Below, one piece after another: positions 17,422-20,196 of a DNA stretch of 20,196 bases. The stretch's first letter is position 1. Each line of letters begins with the position of its first letter. A model generated the notes under the pieces. The model searched no databases, had not been told where the DNA came from, and saw only the letters and a list, made by a program, of their open reading frames with translations. Origin of the DNA: a virus (taxonomy: Duplodnaviria; Heunggongvirae; Uroviricota; Caudoviricetes); IMG/VR virus record IMGVR_UViG_2563366948_000002, positions 1 to 20,196 of that record. The stretch is one strand, 5' to 3'. The position numbers were made by a program, and so were the translations under genes.

Positions 17422-17464
17422 AAAAAACCCATCAACCTTGAACCGAAATGGCGGGGTTGATGGG
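17422..17464 (-). terminator. Rho-independent terminator on the minus strand, downstream of ybjL
   Basis: On minus strand: CCCATCAACC-17 nt loop-GGTTGATGGG followed by TTTTTT (plus-strand arms 17428-17437 and 17455-17464, A-run 17422-17427). Confidence 0.55.
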
Positions 17465-17576
17465 CTCCACAAAATGGGGACATCAAAGAAAAGCAGTGGC
17501 ACTAATTAAGACTGATGCCCTGCGGAAAAGTTCTGCGGTTGTGCAAAAAAATTTCATTTTCAGGGCAACTTCAGTT

Positions 17577-19262
17577 TTATCCTAATCCTGGCCATACCAT
17601 GACGATGATTGTCCCTGCCAGCGTCAGCAGGACGTTGGCGATTGCATAGGTGCCCGCATAGCCCAGCGCCGGGATGTTACTGCGAGCTGTATCACTGATG
17701 ATCTCCATTGCCGGCGCGCAGGTACGTGCGCCCATCATTGCGCCGAACAACAGCGCGCGGTTCATTCGCAATACATAAGCACCGAACAAGAAACAGATAA
17801 CCACGGGCACCAGACTGACAATCAATCCGGCAATCAACATCTGACCGCCAATCGCGCCCAGGCCGTTATTAATACCGCTACCGGCGCTCAGACCAACGCC
17901 TGCCATAAACACCATCAAGCCGAACTCTTTCACCATGCTTAATGCACCCTGCGGAATGTAACCGAAGGTCGGGTGGTTAGCACGCATAAAGCCCAGCATA
18001 ATTCCGGCGAATAACAACCCGGCAGCGTTCCCCATGCCGAAACTGAATGTGCTGAACTGGAAGGTGATCATCCCGATCATCAGCCCAATAACAAAGAAGG
18101 CGCAGAATGCCAGCAGGTCAGTGACCTGGCTGTGAATCGAGATAAAGCCGATGCGATCGGCGATGGTTTTTACGCGGCGGGCATCGCCGCTGACTTGTAA
18201 AACGTCACCTTTGTTAAGCACGACGTTGTCATCTATCGGCATCTCAATCTGGCTACGAATGACGCGGTTAAGGAAGCAACCGTGATCGGTCAACTTCAGT
18301 TGTGCGAGACGTTTACCTACAGCGTTATGGTTTTTAACGACCACTTCTTCAGTGACGATACGCATGTCGAGAAGGTCACGATCGAAAACTTCTTTACCGT
18401 TACGGAAGCTGGGATCGAGTCGGGCATGGGCGTCGGGATAGCCTACCAACGCTATTTCATCGCCCATTTGTAGCACGGCATCACCGTCTGGATTTGCCAG
18501 AATCCCGTTACGTCGAATACGTTCAATGTAGCAGCCGGTTTGTCGATAAATACCCAGTTCACGCAGATTTTTGCCGTCGGTCCAGGCCACCAGTTCCGGG
18601 CCGACGCGATAGGCGCGGATCACCGGTAAATAAACCTTACGGTTGGCATCAGTGTCCAGGCCACGTTCGCGGGCGATTTGCTGGGCGCTGGTCTGTAAGT
18701 CCTGATGCTGCAATTTCGGCAAGTAACGCGCACCAACAATCAAACTCACCAGACCGATTAAATAGGTTAAGGCATACCCGAGGCTCAGATTATCCAGTGC
18801 CAGTGAGAGCTGCCTGCTTTCCATGCCGGAATGACGCAGTGTATCGCCAGCACCGACCAGAACCGGTGTCGACGTCATAGAGCCTGCTAACATACCGGCC
18901 GTCAGGCCAATATCCCAGCCAAACAGCTTACCTAACCCTAAGGCGATCACCAGCGCACTGCCAACCATCACCAGTGCTAACATTAGGTAATTTTTCCCAT
19001 CGCGAAAAAAAATGGAAAAAAAGTTCGGTCCGGCTTCGACCCCGACGCAGAAAATAAACAGCATAAAGCCAAGATTAAGCGCATCGGTGTTAATGCTGAA
19101 ATGTTGTTGGCCTAATAACAGCGATACGACTAAAACGCCAATGGAATTACCCAGTTGGATCGAACCAAGTCGTAACTTTCCGAGACATAGCCCAAGCGCG
19201 AGGACCACAAATAATAACAGAATGTAATTCCCATTTAACAATTCGGCGACGTTTATATTCAC
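17577..19262 (-). CDS. ybjL: Putative transport protein YbjL (two TrkA-C domains flanked by membrane domains)
   Basis: 561-aa polytopic membrane protein; matches E. coli YbjL by recall; GC and codon style differ from the cargo modules. Confidence 0.85.
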
Positions 19263-19531
19263 GGAGGCTAACTTCTTGTTTACTAGTAAGCTGTTGAAAG
19301 AAATGGTAATTTACGATAATGTTTTTTACCAGAATTCAGGGCGCAGATTCATTCAGCGCACCTAAACGATAGTAAAGTAACAATATATTTTACTAGTGTA
19401 ATCACATTAGGTATCAACGGCTATATGAATTGCGTTGGCCTATATTAGCATGGAATGCGAAGCGGCTTTATCTTACTGAACGCCACACTGGCGAAAAATG
19501 TGTTCGATAGACGCAGTGTCAGGAGGAACGA

Positions 19532-19909
19532 GTGAAACATAAACAACGTTGGGCGGGGGCAATCTGCTGTTTTGTCCTCTTCATTGTGGTGTGCCTTTTT
19601 CTGGCGACGCACATGAAAGGCGCTTTTCGGGCTGCCGGGCATCCTGAAATCGGCTTGCTATTTTTCATTCTTCCTGGAGCAGTCGCCAGCTTCTTTTCAC
19701 AGCGTAGAGAAGTCCTGAAACCTCTGTTTGGCGCAATGCTGGCGGCACCCTGTTCGATGCTCATTATGCGGCTGTTTTTTTCACCGACGCGCTCATTCTG
19801 GCAAGAGCTGGCATGGTTACTAAGCGCGGTGTTCTGGTGTGCGCTGGGGGCACTGTGTTTCTTATTTATCAGTAGTTTGTTTAAACCACAGCACAGAAAA
19901 AATCAGTAA
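19532..19909 (+). CDS. ybjM: Inner membrane protein YbjM
   Basis: 125-aa hydrophobic protein, GTG start with AGGAGG SD; divergent from ybjL and convergent with grxA, as in E. coli K-12. Confidence 0.7.
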   Translation: MKHKQRWAGAICCFVLFIVVCLFLATHMKGAFRAAGHPEIGLLFFILPGAVASFFSQRREVLKPLFGAMLAAPCSMLIMRLFFSPTRSFWQELAWLLSAVFWCALGALCFLFISSLFKPQHRKNQ

Positions 19910-19929
19910 AGCCCTCAACGCGAGGGCTT
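19909..19929. terminator. Shared hairpin terminator between convergent ybjM and grxA
   Basis: AAGCCCTC-aacgc-GAGGGCTT: 8-bp stem; T-rich tract follows on the minus strand. Confidence 0.45.
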
Positions 19930-19938
19930 GTCAGACGA

Positions 19939-20196
19939 TCAGGCGTCCAGATTTTCTTTCACCCATGCAGCAAAATCGGTATAGCCGCCGATATGTTGCT
20001 GATCGACAAAAATCTGCGGCACGGTTTCTACGGGTTTACCTGCCTTTTGTTGTAGATCTTCTTTAGTGATCCCTTCCGCACGAATATCTACATACTGATA
20101 CTGAAAATCATCGCGTTCATTGCTCAATTTCTCAGCCAGATCTTTTGCACGCACACAGTAAGGGCAACCCGAACGACCAAAAATAACGGTTTGCAT
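19939..20196 (-). CDS. grxA: Glutaredoxin 1
   Basis: 85 aa with CPYC active site (GRSGCPYCVRAK); complete, ATG at the window end. Confidence 0.9.
   Translation of the reverse strand: MQTVIFGRSGCPYCVRAKDLAEKLSNERDDFQYQYVDIRAEGITKEDLQQKAGKPVETVPQIFVDQQHIGGYTDFAAWVKENLDA

Noticed and set aside
17342-17576. tRNA gene as integration target
   Set aside because: No cloverleaf-compatible sequence was apparent; the only strong structure is a terminator hairpin for ybjL.

Overview
The window holds about 17.4 kb of a degraded P2-like prophage with a 186-type lysogeny module, followed by host genes ybjL, ybjM and grxA (E. coli-like chromosome). The prophage keeps int, CI repressor, an Apl/Cox-like gene, a short CII, portal Q, terminase P, tail genes FII-E/E'-T-U-D and ogr. 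It lacks the replication genes and most head, lysis, baseplate and fibre genes; a deletion appears to have fused the 5' part of O to the 3' end of the sheath gene FI. Two AT-rich cargo modules flank a cos-like site: a DarT/DarG toxin-antitoxin pair (3156-4713), and a tightly coupled three-gene operon of unrecognised proteins (5444-7662) between cos and the Q stop codon. That operon is the best candidate for an undescribed defence system. All calls rest on reading the translations and on recall of family signatures; no database search was run.
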